From Massalongia carnosa (Eukaryota): a DNA stretch of 64,000 bases. Location: NCBI GenBank assembly GCA_965645245.1, contig OZ287074.1:2046001-2110000 (forward strand), in the 5' to 3' direction. The position numbers and the translations under genes were made by a program. The notes below the pieces were generated by a model. The model was not told the DNA's origin. It was given only the letters and a program-made list of their open reading frames with translations, and made no database searches. This document shows, in pieces, positions 21,671 through 36,100 of this stretch; position 1 is the first letter of the stretch, and each line of letters begins with the position of its first letter.

Positions 21671-23009
21671 ATGCTGGAGATTCCAGATCGTACATCCAGC
21701 AAGAGGACTTATGACTCGCTATTAGATCAACATGATGCAGTCAACAATGAACTTACAAAGTCTCGCAAGAAACTAAAGCCTCAAGCTTCCTTCAACAGCG
21801 AGTAAGTATTTGCTACATTCTGTTATCCAAGAATTCGCTGACGTAATCGTGTATTACAGTTATTGGATGAAGGCAGCGGAAATTGCAAAGTTGCTACAAG
21901 AGCGCACGAAACTGACAACGAAAATATCGATTGAAAACTTTTTAAAGCATAAAGGCAAAGAGGCCGATTGGGAGAAGACAACTAAGTCGCGGGAGTTATT
22001 CGAGCAGTTGAAAGCACAAGAACTCGATGGACGTATATGCGCCAAACAGGCCCGTCGTCTAGCTCGAGAAGGTCATCCAGGAGCTTTGTCGCTAAGACGG
22101 AGCTTTATTCAGCTATTCACGACGAGTAAGATATGTCTTGGAATTACATCCACCGGCACGGGTAAACGGGACAGCGGCCTGCAGAGTGACTTTCGAGAAA
22201 AGCTTGTTTGCCGTTCCAATAGCAAGCACCCAGATACCAGGAGGAAATTTCTTTGGTGTCCTGTCCTGAAGGACTGGTTTGTTGAAGAATTGACCACTGC
22301 CGCTCAATTGTTCGCGTACATGCACGGACAAGAGGTCATGGACGCTCTTTTTGGGCCTATGAACCCTCCCGAGTTATTCGCCCCCCAAAATGGTATACTC
22401 TTGTGTTCTCTTGTGGAGAAGTTCATGGACAAAGGCTTGCTGGTGATAGTGCCTCGACTTCCAAACAAACCCTCTGCTGCACAGATTTCCCTTTGGAATA
22501 GCTCAGAACCCAAGAACTACAAGGTTAAGATAATCGACTTTGCACATCCTCTGATTGATGACTATATCCGTGGGGGCTCTGAACAGACATGGAGGGACCT
22601 AGATGATACCGAGCTGGTGTTCAGAAGTGACTTTAGGCCGCGCGCTCGGTACTTATACTTTCATTACTGTGTGCAGATTCTCCGTGTTTCTTGGAAGGAG
22701 AAACACACTGGAGCATTGCTAAAAGGGGAGATTGGCAAAATCTACTGGGGTACTCCTGGCAGATATCTACCTCGGAATATGTTGCTCGCCTTGGTCGAAG
22801 AAACGGGTCATGAGTACGAACACCTACTAGAAGGAGCACTAGAAGAGAGCATGGGAGCAACTGCAGAGCCTAACGACATTCTCCTTGCTGCGGCAAATGA
22901 TGAAGTAAAAATCCAAGCAAATGAACTGGAGGAAGAAGATGATGACGAAGACAAAGATGAAGATGAAGACGAAGAGGAAAGCAATGATAGAAGGAACGAT
23001 GAAGATTGA
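21671..23009 (+). CDS. Fungal HNH_2-type nuclease-domain protein with acidic tail
   Basis: Exon 21671-21801, intron GTAAGT..CTGAC..CAG 21802-21859, in-frame exon 2. Motifs FREKL, WCPVL, NGILL, RPRARYLYFHY and YWGTPGRY resemble fungal HNH proteins. Confidence 0.65.
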
Positions 23010-24859
23010 ATAAGAGCCTGGGTATCTGGAGTGGCGGAGAGCACACAGGGGATGAATAAATAGATGGATTTTATGTGGGCAAGGTGGTGACAACATGCCG
23101 ACGAGCGGGATAGCTATTTACATTGAGCCGGCGCTGTTATATATGGTTATGAAGAGAAATACTACTACAGCTTGTTACGACTATTAGCATACTTGGAATC
23201 TAGGTTGCAACCGATTTTCCACGTTTTCTCGTTCTTTCTATTACATGTTTCGTATCATGAAGAAATACCGTGAAACATACTAAGGAGTTGTGTTTTGGTA
23301 GTTCAAGATCTTAACTTATTTTGTAAACAGTATCTATGATCACCGAAAGCGGTATTGGCAGACCTGGAACAAATGCTACTGCAGCACTTGCAAACAGTCT
23401 GATGAGCTCCTCCTCGTACGTATCGAGGGTGGCCGGGCGCTGTAAACTGATTATCTTTCATCGATCTCACCATTGGCTTATGCGCATCCATGAATAGGAT
23501 ATGATTTCTTGTAATAACATCCTACGTCAAACACAGCTTGTTGACGACGTCTTGAATGATCGACAACAGTCTTTTAATGACCTCTGCGCGTTGTTTTGGA
23601 TTTTGCGAGCGTCGAGCTTATCTTTGTGTTTAAAATAGGAGGGATGGATGGAGAATGATAGACCCAATGCACAGAAAATAGGTGGCAGAGTGCCAGAAGT
23701 CTCTGGATAGTACAGAACTTCTATGAATGAAATAATTCAGATTATTGCGACTAATCTCTATATGCTATGCGTAGGAGTGATGCTATATACATATTGATTC
23801 ACAGAACATTCGAGATTCTCCTCGAATGTCTATAGACCTGAATTTCTAAGCATCGAAGATACTAGAAATTCTCAGATGTAGCTATTCCCATATCAGTAAA
23901 ATACGCGAAGGCATTCGCATATTACGTCAGATATGATCCAGCTGGCTTGGCATTCGCAACACTTTGTCTAAGAGAGAATCGCAGCTTGAGACCGCATCGT
24001 GCCATTTAGCGGTGCCTTCTGGATCTTCGAAGGATTGCTTATACGCTATTCTATAGCGACGGGGATGGTATGTATTTCTCGGCTGAGCTAAATATCTGCA
24101 TCTTGTCCGTGGGAATGCTGTGCTTCCACAGCTAAGCACCTAATGGTTTGGCGAGAAATGGTCTCCACCCCCAAACTCTTAAGATTTTATGAGGATGTTG
24201 AAAGATTAGTTGCTTCTCCTCAAATTTCATAATATCAATATTTGCTCAGCTAAAGGATTACCTCAAGCACTTGAGGGTCAGGATTGTTCTGTAGTCTGTA
24301 TAGTTCAAGCTCTCTGCTGATTGGAGCGACAATGAACGATTCATGCTATTCTCAGACCATGCAAAAGCATGCAGGAGAACATCCTGATGTGAAGGAGAGG
24401 CTGAACTGGATAGGTTGGGAAGGCGATTCGAGTCAGTGGCACGGAGTCGGGGAATGGAAGGTTTTTCTGTGATGGCGACATAACTATCAAAGTAGATGAT
24501 TTGTATCGATAGCTACAACACGGTTTGGATAGCTACGTCCCTTTTTACAGAGCAACGCGCCGCTGATCGCTCATGTTAGGTAGTAAAAATGACTCTGTAT
24601 CTGCACCTGGCACGGCATGGAAAATAGTTTGATTGGCGCCATTCGACTGTTGTATCAACTGTGTCATATGAGAAAAGTGCTGATTACAGAGTGCTTGTGG
24701 CGGTTTCGAGATAATTCTGCTTGCCTAATATCTGTGAAGGATGGTCTGGCTACTCCTTCAACCGGTTCTAGCTTCGAGCAAATATTCGTTGCTTAGTCGC
24801 ATGTTGGAGGAATTGCTATTTCACCAACATCACCAACTGTCATAGGAGTCTAAATTGCC

Positions 24860-25840
24860 ATGTAAAACTCGCAAGCTATATCGTAACTTCCTCCTGGCTA
24901 TGTGAGGCAGTACAATGGCAACGCGCCTTATAATGTCGCAATTGCATTCCTGGTTCTTGAAGTCATCTGCATAACGCTACGATTTTTGGCTCGAAAAATT
25001 GGGAAGGTGGCCTGGGGAGCCGACGACACCCTGATCATCCCCGGCGCAACATTTTGTCTTGCTCTTTGTTGCTGTTCCATAGGTGAGCGGAATGTCATTC
25101 TTGACCTTCATGGCTTTCGAGAGTCTCCCCAGTGCTAATGACTACAAACAGCTGATTTGATATATGGTGGTATGGGCCACCATGAGGCTGTTCTCGCTGC
25201 AACCGATCCCGAAAATTTGTCCTTTGGGCCAGGTTTGCTCTCATCATACTAAAGATTTATCTTGCTTCGGCACTTTTTCCAAAACTAGTTATTCTGGCCA
25301 TCTATCTGCTAATTTTCCCTAAACCGCTATATCGCATCGCGTGCTGGGCTCTTGCGGTTCTTCTAATCACGAATTGGGTGGGCACCACCTTGGCAGGCTT
25401 TCTAAGTTGTAGTTCTCTCGAATTTTGGTGGGATAGAAGCATCCCTGACGGTCGTCGTTTCAATATCAATTCTTACTTCCGATGGGCTGGTCTCAACAAT
25501 ATTTTCACCGACGTCATAATGCTTATACTCTCTCTCCCCGTCATTTGGAAGTTAAAAATTGCTACGAACATTAAAATCGAGCTTACCTTTACCTTTGCCG
25601 CAGGCAGCATGTAAGCCCATAAATTAGACCCTAGAGGTTAGTATAGAGCCAACACTAAAATCGAACCCCAGCGGTCTGGTCACATCCATACTTCGCTTCG
25701 CATGCTTCTTTTCCAGAAATGCTCAAGTGGATTGGACCTATTCTGGAGCAGACCTGACCGTCTGGATCATATGCGAATCTGGGATGTACCTGATCGCAGC
25801 ATGCCTCCCGACTTACCGATCGCTCGTCATGCTATTATGA
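24860..25840 (+). pseudogene. PTH11-like (fungal rhodopsin-domain) integral membrane protein pseudogene
   Basis: LRFLAR..GADD, KLVILAIYL, NIFTDVIMLILSLP..WKL, SILRF and E.GMYLIAACLPT motifs; two introns; in-frame TAA codons just after ATG 24860; frameshift near 25215. Confidence 0.8.
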
Positions 25841-27699
25841 ATGCGAAGCCCACTGTCATCCCTTGGATCATGGGTGAAATTATCCAAAGCCGGACGGTTG
25901 CGAGCCGTTGATGCATCACCCAGCGTTTCGACGGCGTTCCGCCACCAGATGACAGGGTTTATGCGCCTAGGTGAGGACGGAAGGCCGATGAGTCTATGTT
26001 GAGAATACGAAACTTCGGGCTGTTTCAAAAATGGTGATACATACGAGAAATTGAGGGAAAACCGTGATCAGGCAGGACATGGTATGGGATATCTTATTCG
26101 TCTAGGAGGAAATCAAGTGAGGGAATAACAACACAACCATGATACGATCAGCATGAGCAAGAATCCTGTCGATCAGCTGCATGAATGCTAACTGTTATTA
26201 ATCTCGTCTCGATTTTCGGTCTTTTTAAAAAAATTTCCCTCTCCTTTCTGGATTAACTTCACCACAACCCTCCGCTCATTCGCTTTTCTTATCATCCCAA
26301 ATCGCACAAGCCTTGTCGATCGTCAAGCTCATCTATCCTATCCCCCTTTTGTGCCCGCCCGAAACCGCAAACCAGCCCTGCAAAGACACATCGTTTAATT
26401 AAACGTATGCTGTTGCTGAAATCTAAACTTCGCTCCCATGACTCCCTGCTACATACCTATTCGCATTATATTGCTTCTTCTTTTGTCTTTCAGGCCGATG
26501 AGCGTCTAGCTGACTAAATGGCTCTCTTGCGAAGAAAAAGAACAGTTAAAAACCGCGACAATGCTTCGCGCAGGCAATCATCAGTCAAAGTAACAAGCGC
26601 AGGTAAATACACCTACAACTAGGTTCTTGGGGGGGCGGGATGCAATCACAACAGGGGTTTGGACGTGGCGACTCTCACTTCCCAGTTTTGGGGTTCGATG
26701 TGTCTCGGCGAGTCGATCACATTTTTTTATGGCTGAGGCACTGTGAGCATGATTGGGGAATCACAATTGCTTCGAAGATCAAGACTCTTCAACGTCTGAT
26801 CATCGCCCATGTCTGTTTCCAGCAAGAAATTTCCAAGGACCACGAATTTCAGAGACTCCAGCGAGAAGACGGACAACGAAAAAAGCGCATGCAGCGCAAC
26901 TTCTGATTGAAAAAGCCTTGCCCACATAATGCATGTAATTGGAAGTGCATACGAAACGGACATGCATACCATGAGGAAAATGATCTCTCCGGAGCACGGC
27001 AAACAGGCACAACAAGTATGTTTTATAAAATAACCCGAACGATACGGATGATCACGAGTCGTGACGTGTTTAGTTGTTGTTGAATGATTTGAATACCCGA
27101 AAAGCGCGAACGCCGATGTGCAACCGGAGGTAATCTGAACAAATGTATATAGATAGTCAAAGAGGCAATGATAGCGGATAGCGCATTAATATAGAGAAGA
27201 ACAGAAATGAACAAAAAAAAAAGCTGACACAAGAAAAAGGAGGAGGCGGAAGAATGCGTAGGGATACGAATAGGAATGGATGAATAGGAAATGAACCATG
27301 ACTTATATCCCGCAGAACCTGAAGCGAAAAGGTTTTTCTTAATCACAACAAAACCAGTATCAATAACGGTTCTTAACAAAGATCCTATGGAGCTTTAGAA
27401 CCTCACTCTGCCCTCTTTCTTTTCTGGTAATATGTAGCTGCTACTGCGGTCGCAGCGGTTACAGACTCCGTGGCGCTGGCTGAGTATATTGGTGTGTTAC
27501 TACTGTAACTAGGATAGGATTCAGTAGCACTAGGATAGTTTTCAGTGGCACTAAACGGGTAGTGCTTTCCAGGTCATCCCCTGACCGGTACCGCAGCTTC
27601 AGGGCTATATTCTATGAGATTCAATGTTAGCGAATCAGAAGTCTGTGATATGGAACTGAAATGGGAAAATCTTGACAGAATAGGTCTAAGAACTTGGAA

Positions 27700-27900
27700 A
27701 TGCTGCACGAGGTGACTTCATAGGGGCACAAGTCTTCCATGCAGTTCAAGATGTCCTTCTCAAGGTTCGCCGAGGAACAGAGGCATAGCAGCGCAGGTAC
27801 GCCGGCGAAACAGTTTATGGCGGATACCTGATCTAACTTATCGTTGAGGCAGTTCTCTATAACTCGAACAAGCATTTTTGGCTATAAGGAACACTTCGGG
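27700..27900 (-). pseudogene. Possible CFEM-domain remnant
   Basis: Cys spacing C-x12-C-x8-CxC-x11-C-x4-C in ORF 27627..27875; no clear signal peptide or full gene model. Confidence 0.35.
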
Positions 27901-30900
27901 TTAAGTTGGTGAAAAAGAGTACAAACTCCACATGCTGGGAAAGGGACATTTTTGTTGTTATGACGAGAAGCGTGGCACGGCCCGAAGAGTAGAGCAGCGA
28001 TCGTCAGGGAGAATCTCACTATGATTGGAATGAACTTGCAGTGCTGCTATCGTTGTAGACTCAAAGCTTGCAAAGAGAATCGATGTGTTAGTGAAAAGAC
28101 AGGTTAAGATAACAACCTTCGGGGACGGAACGCAAAAGAATGAATCGCAGACAAGCAGTTAAAACAAGAAATCTTGCTGCTTTCAAAATAGCACGTGAAA
28201 ACTGCGCAAGGAATAGAAGACATTAGTCTTGACCGATTGAAACGCTTTAAGTAATAGGACTGATGTTTCCTGCGCTTCATTCGGCCAAGGAGAAGACGCC
28301 ACAGACGTGCAGAAAGATCTCAACGCATTAAAAGAGTAAAGACATGCACTGAAGGATCAAATACTTGCGACTAACGATAGCCGTTGTGGCGACCGCCGCT
28401 GTGGCGATTGACGGTTCTTCCATTCGAAACAACCCGCACAATCACAAATTTGGCGGCTCTCATAACGTCGCGGATGGAGGAGCGTTTAATATGAAATCGC
28501 TGTCCCTGCAAGTCATCGAGAATAGTTTCGATGTATCGTGTCTTCTTAATTTTGATGACTTTGAAGTTCTAATTGAAAATGGGCTTATGCAAATCTTGGC
28601 GCAAACTGTGGATAATTGTTGAAGGAACCCACGGGCTGTGATGCGTTGACGGACTGGGGCTTTAAGTGGACTCTGATTGATGCTAATCATCAGTGATACG
28701 CACATGGCATTTGCCTATTGGGACGAAGTCTTGTGTAGAAAGGGCGGTCCAGTCGGCTGATACTTCTACTGCTGGGAATTGTCATGGAGCAGGTAAGTTG
28801 TAGAAACTTAGAGGGCGTCAAAGATTGGAATGGAAAGTAGTGGGCTGGCGAATTGCCGTGGAGGGACGTTCTTTAACCCTATCACATTTCTGGTGCTGAT
28901 TGTCTCATGAATAAGACTCAAGCAAGTCTGCTTTATAACACTTCCAATCTCTACTTAAAGCCTGCTGCCAGATTTTTCTTGTTTGAAGCCTCACAGCTGC
29001 TCACTTTCTGTTAGGATTATCGCAAAGGAGATATACTGCAGCAATCAGGTAAGCAGATGATGTGGAGGGCCTGTATCCTAGGGAATGCCCACAAATAAAC
29101 CAACGCTGTCATGCTTCCATGACCTGTCATCAACGACAGAAAATGAACTGCCTTACGCTCGTTTTGTTTGAGCCATCCATCCGCCGAATTGCAGAAAGAC
29201 CATGCCGATAGGTAAGAAAGTGCTGAAATGTAGAAGGGTAATCGTAACATGAGATTAATGTCTGAGCAGGGTCACCATTGAAAGATCATTTGATGGGTCA
29301 GCACAAGCTTTTTTTTTGACACTCCTCTGTATATGTATTTCATACCGTATATTCGAAGTACTGTGGTATTGTATGTACTCTGTACTTTGCGTTAGATCGA
29401 TTTTCAGGATGCAATCCAGCATCTTTCATGTCCACCTATCGACTTTTGTTTTCATTTCCCGTCTCAGATTTGTCGATAAAAGTTTCCACCTGTCTTCTTC
29501 TATCTTCCTCTGATGGCTCTCATTCTTGCTTCTTGCGTGGTTCATTTGTCGGCTCGCATTGGCGAGATTTTCTTGTCTTGTTTTTCATGATATGACCCCA
29601 CCCGTCTCTGAACCCCCCCTCTCCAACTAATCCCCACTTTGGCTATAAAAATCGAGGTCATACACTCCCCTAGGCCTCCTTCTCCGTATGCACTGCTGTC
29701 CTCCACACCTTGCCCACACAGTGCTGATTCATCAGCCGCACGATCGTATTATTGCCAGCGTAGAACTGGCTTGCCGTCTGATTGTTGGCCAACTTCCAAA
29801 TCTTCAGCTCAGAAAGGCTTGTCATCCTTTCAATCTGTGCGTTGAAGGAATGATTGGTCGCGCCAATAAGTCACTGATAATCCTCAAGATATACTAGGTC
29901 ATCAGAAACAACTTAATCGTCTCGCCGGCACGCCCAAACAAAACGTCTCCACTCGTCCCCGTAGAGATCTTTGACTGCTGCTGTGAAATGCTGTGACACC
30001 GCCACATGAAGAATCTCGACAAGAACTACATTTCCGTCCGCAAGAGTCTGCGCCTACTGCACATAACTTTCACACTATATCATTATTTTTAGTAAAGTAG
30101 AGTTCACGATAGCTCTTCGAAAAATCCTTCGAAAAAGTGCTGTCAACAACCGCGAAATCAAATTGCTCAGCAATCATGAATAAGCGATCTAGACGAAATC
30201 GTATAGTCTTCTTGAGTAGCATGACGTGCTCGTTCAGTAGTTTGAGACATTCATCGACTACAATTACAATTCCGGGCTGAAGCGTTTTAAATGAGTCAAG
30301 TTCTGAGTCTTTGCTAGCTTGACTGAGACACGAAGAAGAATCGCTGAGACAAGTTGCGTACTGAAGAAGTCATTGAACGTCGATATACTTGATTTGCGGC
30401 CGATGAACAAAGATTGAATGACGTCGCCAAGCGTTTGAAGAAATTCATAACGAATTTCCATCATTTCGTAGACTCACCGCTTGACACTGTCAGAAAGTCT
30501 TATCCTCTTCATGTCGTCTCTCATAATGCGAAATTGAAAATTGCTGCTCAAACCTATGCGCCTCATGATCTCTATCCAATGATCGTAGTGTTAGTAAAAG
30601 CGTCTCCTTGCATGCTGTCAATGTAGCGCTTTGCGGAATTGGAGACGTTGACAATGAGGGAATTTGAATGGACTGATGCGACAAGACTTTTAGGCTTGAG
30701 CTGGACGATGCAGTCGTAAGCGTCCTGGACATATTGATCACTATGAATTTGTTGAAGTAGGTTCAATCATGATGAGTAGAGATCGAATTTACACAACTGT
30801 GGTTTTAGCCGCCTCTATTCCGACGAGAATGTGTGAATAATCTAACGAGTAACCTAGCCCAATAGAGAATAACATAACAATTTAAGCTGGGATATGAAAG

Positions 30901-31253
30901 CTGGATTGTTTGAGATGATCTGGAGAGTATGAATTGAGTAATGTGATTTAGGTGGATGAGACGAGTTGACTTTGATCTTGCTATTTTGTATTATTGTTGT
31001 TTATTGTTATTCATTTTGAAAACCGTTGGGATGTTTAAATAACAAGTTTGATTAGTTGTTATGAGAAAGAAGTTTTATTCATTTGAATATAGTTTGTTGA
31101 TATACTCACTTAGTAAAAAATCAAGTCGGAAAGAAAAATGTGTCATCTCAAATAATAAATACCTTGATAATTAAAGCATGTGCTTATTCTTTACGTAAAA
31201 ATCAACGAATTCGTCATTCGCGTTGAACAAGACCACTTCATCCTAATATAAAC

Positions 31254-32793
31254 TCAAAAGTTGAACGTTACATCCTTCTCAGAGTTAATGTTTGTCCCTT
31301 GGACCGTCTTGCCACCGTTCGAAGTGCTTTGGTTGTGGATATTCAGCGTGCTTCCTCCCTGTTGCACTCTGGGGCCTGGCCCGTGCATCTGTGCTGCTGG
31401 CGAACCATCGTAGTACGGGGAAGCCTGCCGAGGATACGGCGATGGAGAAGGTTGCCGCTGTTCAAGATAGTAATGCTGAGGCTGCAAAGGGTAGGGTGAT
31501 GAAGCCGAATGCGGCTGTGAAAGAGAGTAAGCTTGCCATGATGCAGGCTGCTGTGGCCTATACGGTAGATAGGAGTCCGTATTGTGAGCAGACCCTATGG
31601 CTTTGACCCATCTTCGAAGTTCGCTCGAGATTGCAAGGTATCCGGGATCTTCTTTGCTACTGAACTTGGTCATGTCCATGTGATTTGCTCGAATGCCGAT
31701 GGCATTGTAGGCTGGCAGGATTGCAGAATACTTGGGGACAATCTAGAAAATACTATGCAGTTAGCCCCGAACTTCTAGTAAGCGTGTAGAGTTGGTGCTG
31801 CCCGATGCAGTTATCTGGCACCCGCAAGAAATAATGAAATCCTCAGTTCACCTCGCCGACGCCTCTGACTGGAAGCTCTTCGAAGAAACAAGTAATTTTC
31901 AATGGTGGCAATCCTCGACTGTGGCGCGCTCGAAGCATCGTATGAAACTCCTGCTGGATGCGAGCGAGTACCTCCGACTCAGGTTTCAGGACGTTGAGCA
32001 GGTTCACATTGGTCGTCTTTACTACACTTGCGATATTGCCAAATATGCTGGCCCAATTTGCGGTGAGCGAGCCGCAATGCGGTGTACCCAAAAAGCATAC
32101 GCCCACGGTGCAATCAAGAAGTCCTTGAATATGCGCTTCGGCGCTGTTCTTCGATGATAGCAAAGCCTGGATTGCAGCACGATCAGCCCGTAGCCTCGAT
32201 GAATGGAAGAAGATTGCTGACATCTTCGAAAACTAGGCCGCCAAGGCTGTGCGTCACGAATATTAATGGTCGATCTTCAGTCTCTGTCCTCTCGCGCAGC
32301 TGCGCCAGAGCATTGATGAGATTCAGTGCATGATTGCCAATCCGATTTTGGGATGCCATCGCCCAGAAATGTGTGACGTCGGCATCATAGCCAAAGGTCA
32401 ATCTGCGTGATTTGGGCACATCATCCTTGAGGAAATGCGCAGGCCAGAATATTCCCGACTCCTTGTCTAACCATGTCGTCTCCCGGTTGCCTGTAAGCCC
32501 ATGGACAAATACGACGCTACAGGTATATTAGCTCACAACTAGCAATAAAAAGCGTTGCGTCTTACAATGACACGAAGGAAGCTATTTGAAAAAACATACT
32601 CTGAAACCGCGTCCGCACAATCATGACAATTCTTCGCGTCCGCACAATCATGACAATTCTTCAGCCCATAATCACCATGTGTGGAGTACCTGCAATCGTT
32701 AACACCATCTTTCTAAGACCCTCATTTTGTAAATATATACTTTTGGAGATTTTCTAAACCTTCAGTCTCTGAATTTGATTGACGATTGAACAT
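31254..32793 (-). CDS. SesB-like alpha/beta-hydrolase (PGAP1/DUF676-type) with Q/P/Y-rich linker and C-terminal putative amyloid motif
   Basis: Five exons (32793-32741, 32689-32600, 32516-32222, 32166-31852, 31742-31254), phases consistent, about 413 aa. Motifs VFVHGL, TFGYDA, THSLGG, FLGTPH.GS, CFFEE, NHMDMTKF. Confidence 0.9.
32608..32661. repeat. Perfect 27-bp tandem duplication in hydrolase exon 2
   Basis: CGCGTCCGCACAATCATGACAATTCTT x2, encoding KNCHDCADA twice on the minus strand. Confidence 0.95.
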
Positions 32794-33193
32794 CTTCAGC
32801 ATCTTTATCGGATTCTTGGAGACCGTCTCACTCCAAGTGCCTGGGTCTCGACAGTTGAGATCAGAGACGGGTTTGGCTTTTGAACAGCTTTTAATGTAGC
32901 CGGAGCAGCTGAGGTTTCAGCTTCAGCTGTATCCGATCCAATAAGGCATAACGTGGCCGCAATTGGGGGCTTGCCTTATTGGGGGCGGGTGAGGCTGAAA
33001 ATCGATCAGTCGTCTTAGGCAGCCTCGTAGGTTCGCAAGGCTTCGTCCATTGTTACTTGTTTGTATACTCCGCTCTTTCTTTTCGCAACGCTCCCGGATT
33101 CAGCAATCTATATCGTCCGAGGTCGAGCACCCTCTAATAGCAAATCCATTTTTGGAAATCTGATGGTGTTGGCTTTGGACGACGGGGGTTGCA

Positions 33194-36100
33194 ATGTCGA
33201 AAGGCAAAATCAGTCAAGCCGGAAACAAGATCACTGGTACCATCCACAACACAGGAATTGGTTTCTTTGGCGCCAACCTCAATGTTGGTGGTAATTTCGT
33301 CCTGAGTATGTTCCCTTCCGCTTCACACAAGATACTGTGATATTGTGTTGACTTCTTTGCAGATGCTGGGCAAACAGTCGAAGCCAGAGGGAAAGAATGC
33401 CTTGCGGCGCTCTTTATCACGAATCCCGTCGACGATCGGGCGAAAATTGTTAGTTTTAAGGGTCGCGTTCTTGCTGGCACTTGCGATTGGATAATTGATC
33501 ACTCCCGGTATAGGTCATGGAAGAGTGTCCAAACACGCTCCCAGCTGTTGTGGGTTTCCGGGGGAGCGGGCATGGGAAAGACCATGCTGTCCACCTTCCT
33601 TACACAGGAACTCGAGAAGGAATCAGAAAACCCAGATAATACTGTCACTCTGTACTACTTCTGTGACGGCGGCGACGAGAAAAAGAACAACGCCGTGTCC
33701 ATTCTCCGAGGGCTCATCTTCTTGCTTCTGCGAGCAAAACCAAGTTTGATGAATGTGTTGCTTCCAGAATATGAAATCCAAAAAGAAAACCTTTTCACCC
33801 ACACGGCGATTGAAGCATTGTGGAGAATATTTGAATCTATGGTCTTAGATTCAGTTACCGGCCAGGTCTACTGTATTATTGACGGCCTAGATGAATGTGA
33901 CCAAGGCTCACTTTGGCATCTTTTGAAAAAGATCAAGAATTTCTACATGGATAACGCTAGCGAGGAGGGAGCATGGGGTAGGAGCGCACCGGCGCAATTA
34001 CAATCGTCCACTATTGGTGTGGGGCTTAAGATGGTTCTCGTCAGTCGTGAGGCACCGAGATGTCTTGTTGAAGAGCTATCGGGGTTCCCACGAGTTCAGC
34101 TCGGAGCTGCCGCCCAAAAGGAGTCAAAAACAAACACCCAGACATCCAGAGCTCCCAAGTTAGCAGACGTCGCAGCCGCTGTACTTCGGAAAGCTAAGCT
34201 TGACAAGGCTGGCACCATATCCACTCAAGTGCAACCAAGCTCGCAACAAACGAGACCTCGCCCTCATCAAGCGCAGAACGAAACCCTTCTTGATCAAAGG
34301 AATGCTGGGAGTATTCTATCAGAGCCTATTGCTCCACCTATGGATACACCCGTTGGGCCCACCGCCCAGCCCAATAGGTTCACCGATGAAAAACCGGATG
34401 CAGAACCCGATTCCGTTGGTGACGGAGTCGACGAAGACCTTCCATCAGAGGAGAGTAGTCAGAACCCGGCGTTACAACTCTACATAGATGCTAAACTAGA
34501 GGAGCTATCGTCCGAGATGCACTACCCACAAGGTCTACGTGCATCCATTACCCGCGCTTTTCAGATTCGCGGTGATGGCACATTCCTCTGGGTCGACCTG
34601 GCGGTTGGTGAGCTGAGGAGAGCCCCGTCCCAGCAGGCTGAAGAAATAATTGGTCACTTACCCCTCGGGCTTGATGAGATGTATTGCCAAATATTGCGCC
34701 GAGTCCCAGCGCACCTTGTGGGATTAGTTGCCGCCATTCTGCGCTGGGTTTTTGCAGCACGGCGCCCACTATATTTGCACGAACTTAGCATTGCACTCAA
34801 GCTACCGATTCATAACCCTGCCGATCCTATTGGACTTCTTGAACAGGGTATCGCAGCTTGCAGAGAAATGATCGCAGTTAACGAAGACCAGGCCGTGAAT
34901 ACCGTTCATAGTTCTGCTAAGGATTTCCTGACTGGAGACTCACCACAGTTGGTGAACGACCCAGACCTCTTTCGGTTTCGTGTTTGCACCGAAGAGGTTG
35001 ACCGAGAGATTTCGTATTTTTGCCTTGATTATCTTGAGCAGGGATGCCTGCAAGAAGGTCCCATTTCATATCAAGAAAATTCAGACCGCTATGACAAGCG
35101 TGTAAATCAGTTCCCCTTCTTGCCTTATGCCGCATTATTCTGGCCAGACCATCTCCGCTCAGCCTCAAACGTATCTCTCAACTTGTTTTCGCCTTTCTTC
35201 AGAGCAGAATCGGCAATCAGGAAGAGCTGGTGGCATACCTATTGGGTCGCGACAAGCGGCAAGGCAAAGTTTCTTGCTCCTAGGAATTTCACGCTGTTGC
35301 ATTTGGCGGCCTATTTGAATCTTCGAACATTGGCCGAACAGCTTGAGCATAGAGGTGGTCTGCATTCTCGATTAGACAAGATAGATAGCCATGGGGGGTC
35401 TCCCCTCGCTTATACAGTGGAAAGGGGGCACGTCTCCATGTTCGACTTCCTAATTGAGCGAGGAGCGAAACAAGATAATAATCATGGGGAAACTCTTCTT
35501 GAGAAGGCTTGCCGAAAGGGTCAAATAAATATTGTCCAGCATCTTTTGAATTTGGGCTACAACGTCAATGAGCAAGAAAAGAACATTAATGCCATCGAGA
35601 GTCTCATGGTAATGGTGCGCTGGCTTCCCGGTGCTTTTAACGAGGGCTTGGACTTGAATGGCGATGTATGGCGGCTTATGCTGCGAGACACTGGCAACGG
35701 AGGAACAGCACTGCATTCAGCTGCATTGTATGGCCACGCTGCTATCGTGGAAATGCTGCTAGAAAGAGAGGCTAATGTTAACGCGGTAACCTCCAAGGAC
35801 TGGACTGCCTTACACCTTGCAGCATGGACTGGGCAAATTGAATGCGTCAAAGCTCTCCTAGCTAGAGGTGCTCTTCCTGATGCAAAGACGGATTTAGGTT
35901 GGATTCCATTCCACTGCGCTGCGTCTCGAGCAAAGCTTGCGGTAGTTCAAAGTTTCCTCGATCTCGGCATTTCTGTCGACACGATGACCGCCAAACAAAA
36001 GACCGCCTTACATCTGTCGGCATATTCGGGGCACGCATCTGTTGTGCGCTTGCTGGTCGAGCGAGGTGCTGACCTAGAAGCGAAGTCATATAAAGGGGAA

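Noticed and set aside
28300..31200. Short ORFs in a degraded region
   Set aside because: Multiple stops and no recognisable motif; probably old relics that I cannot assign.
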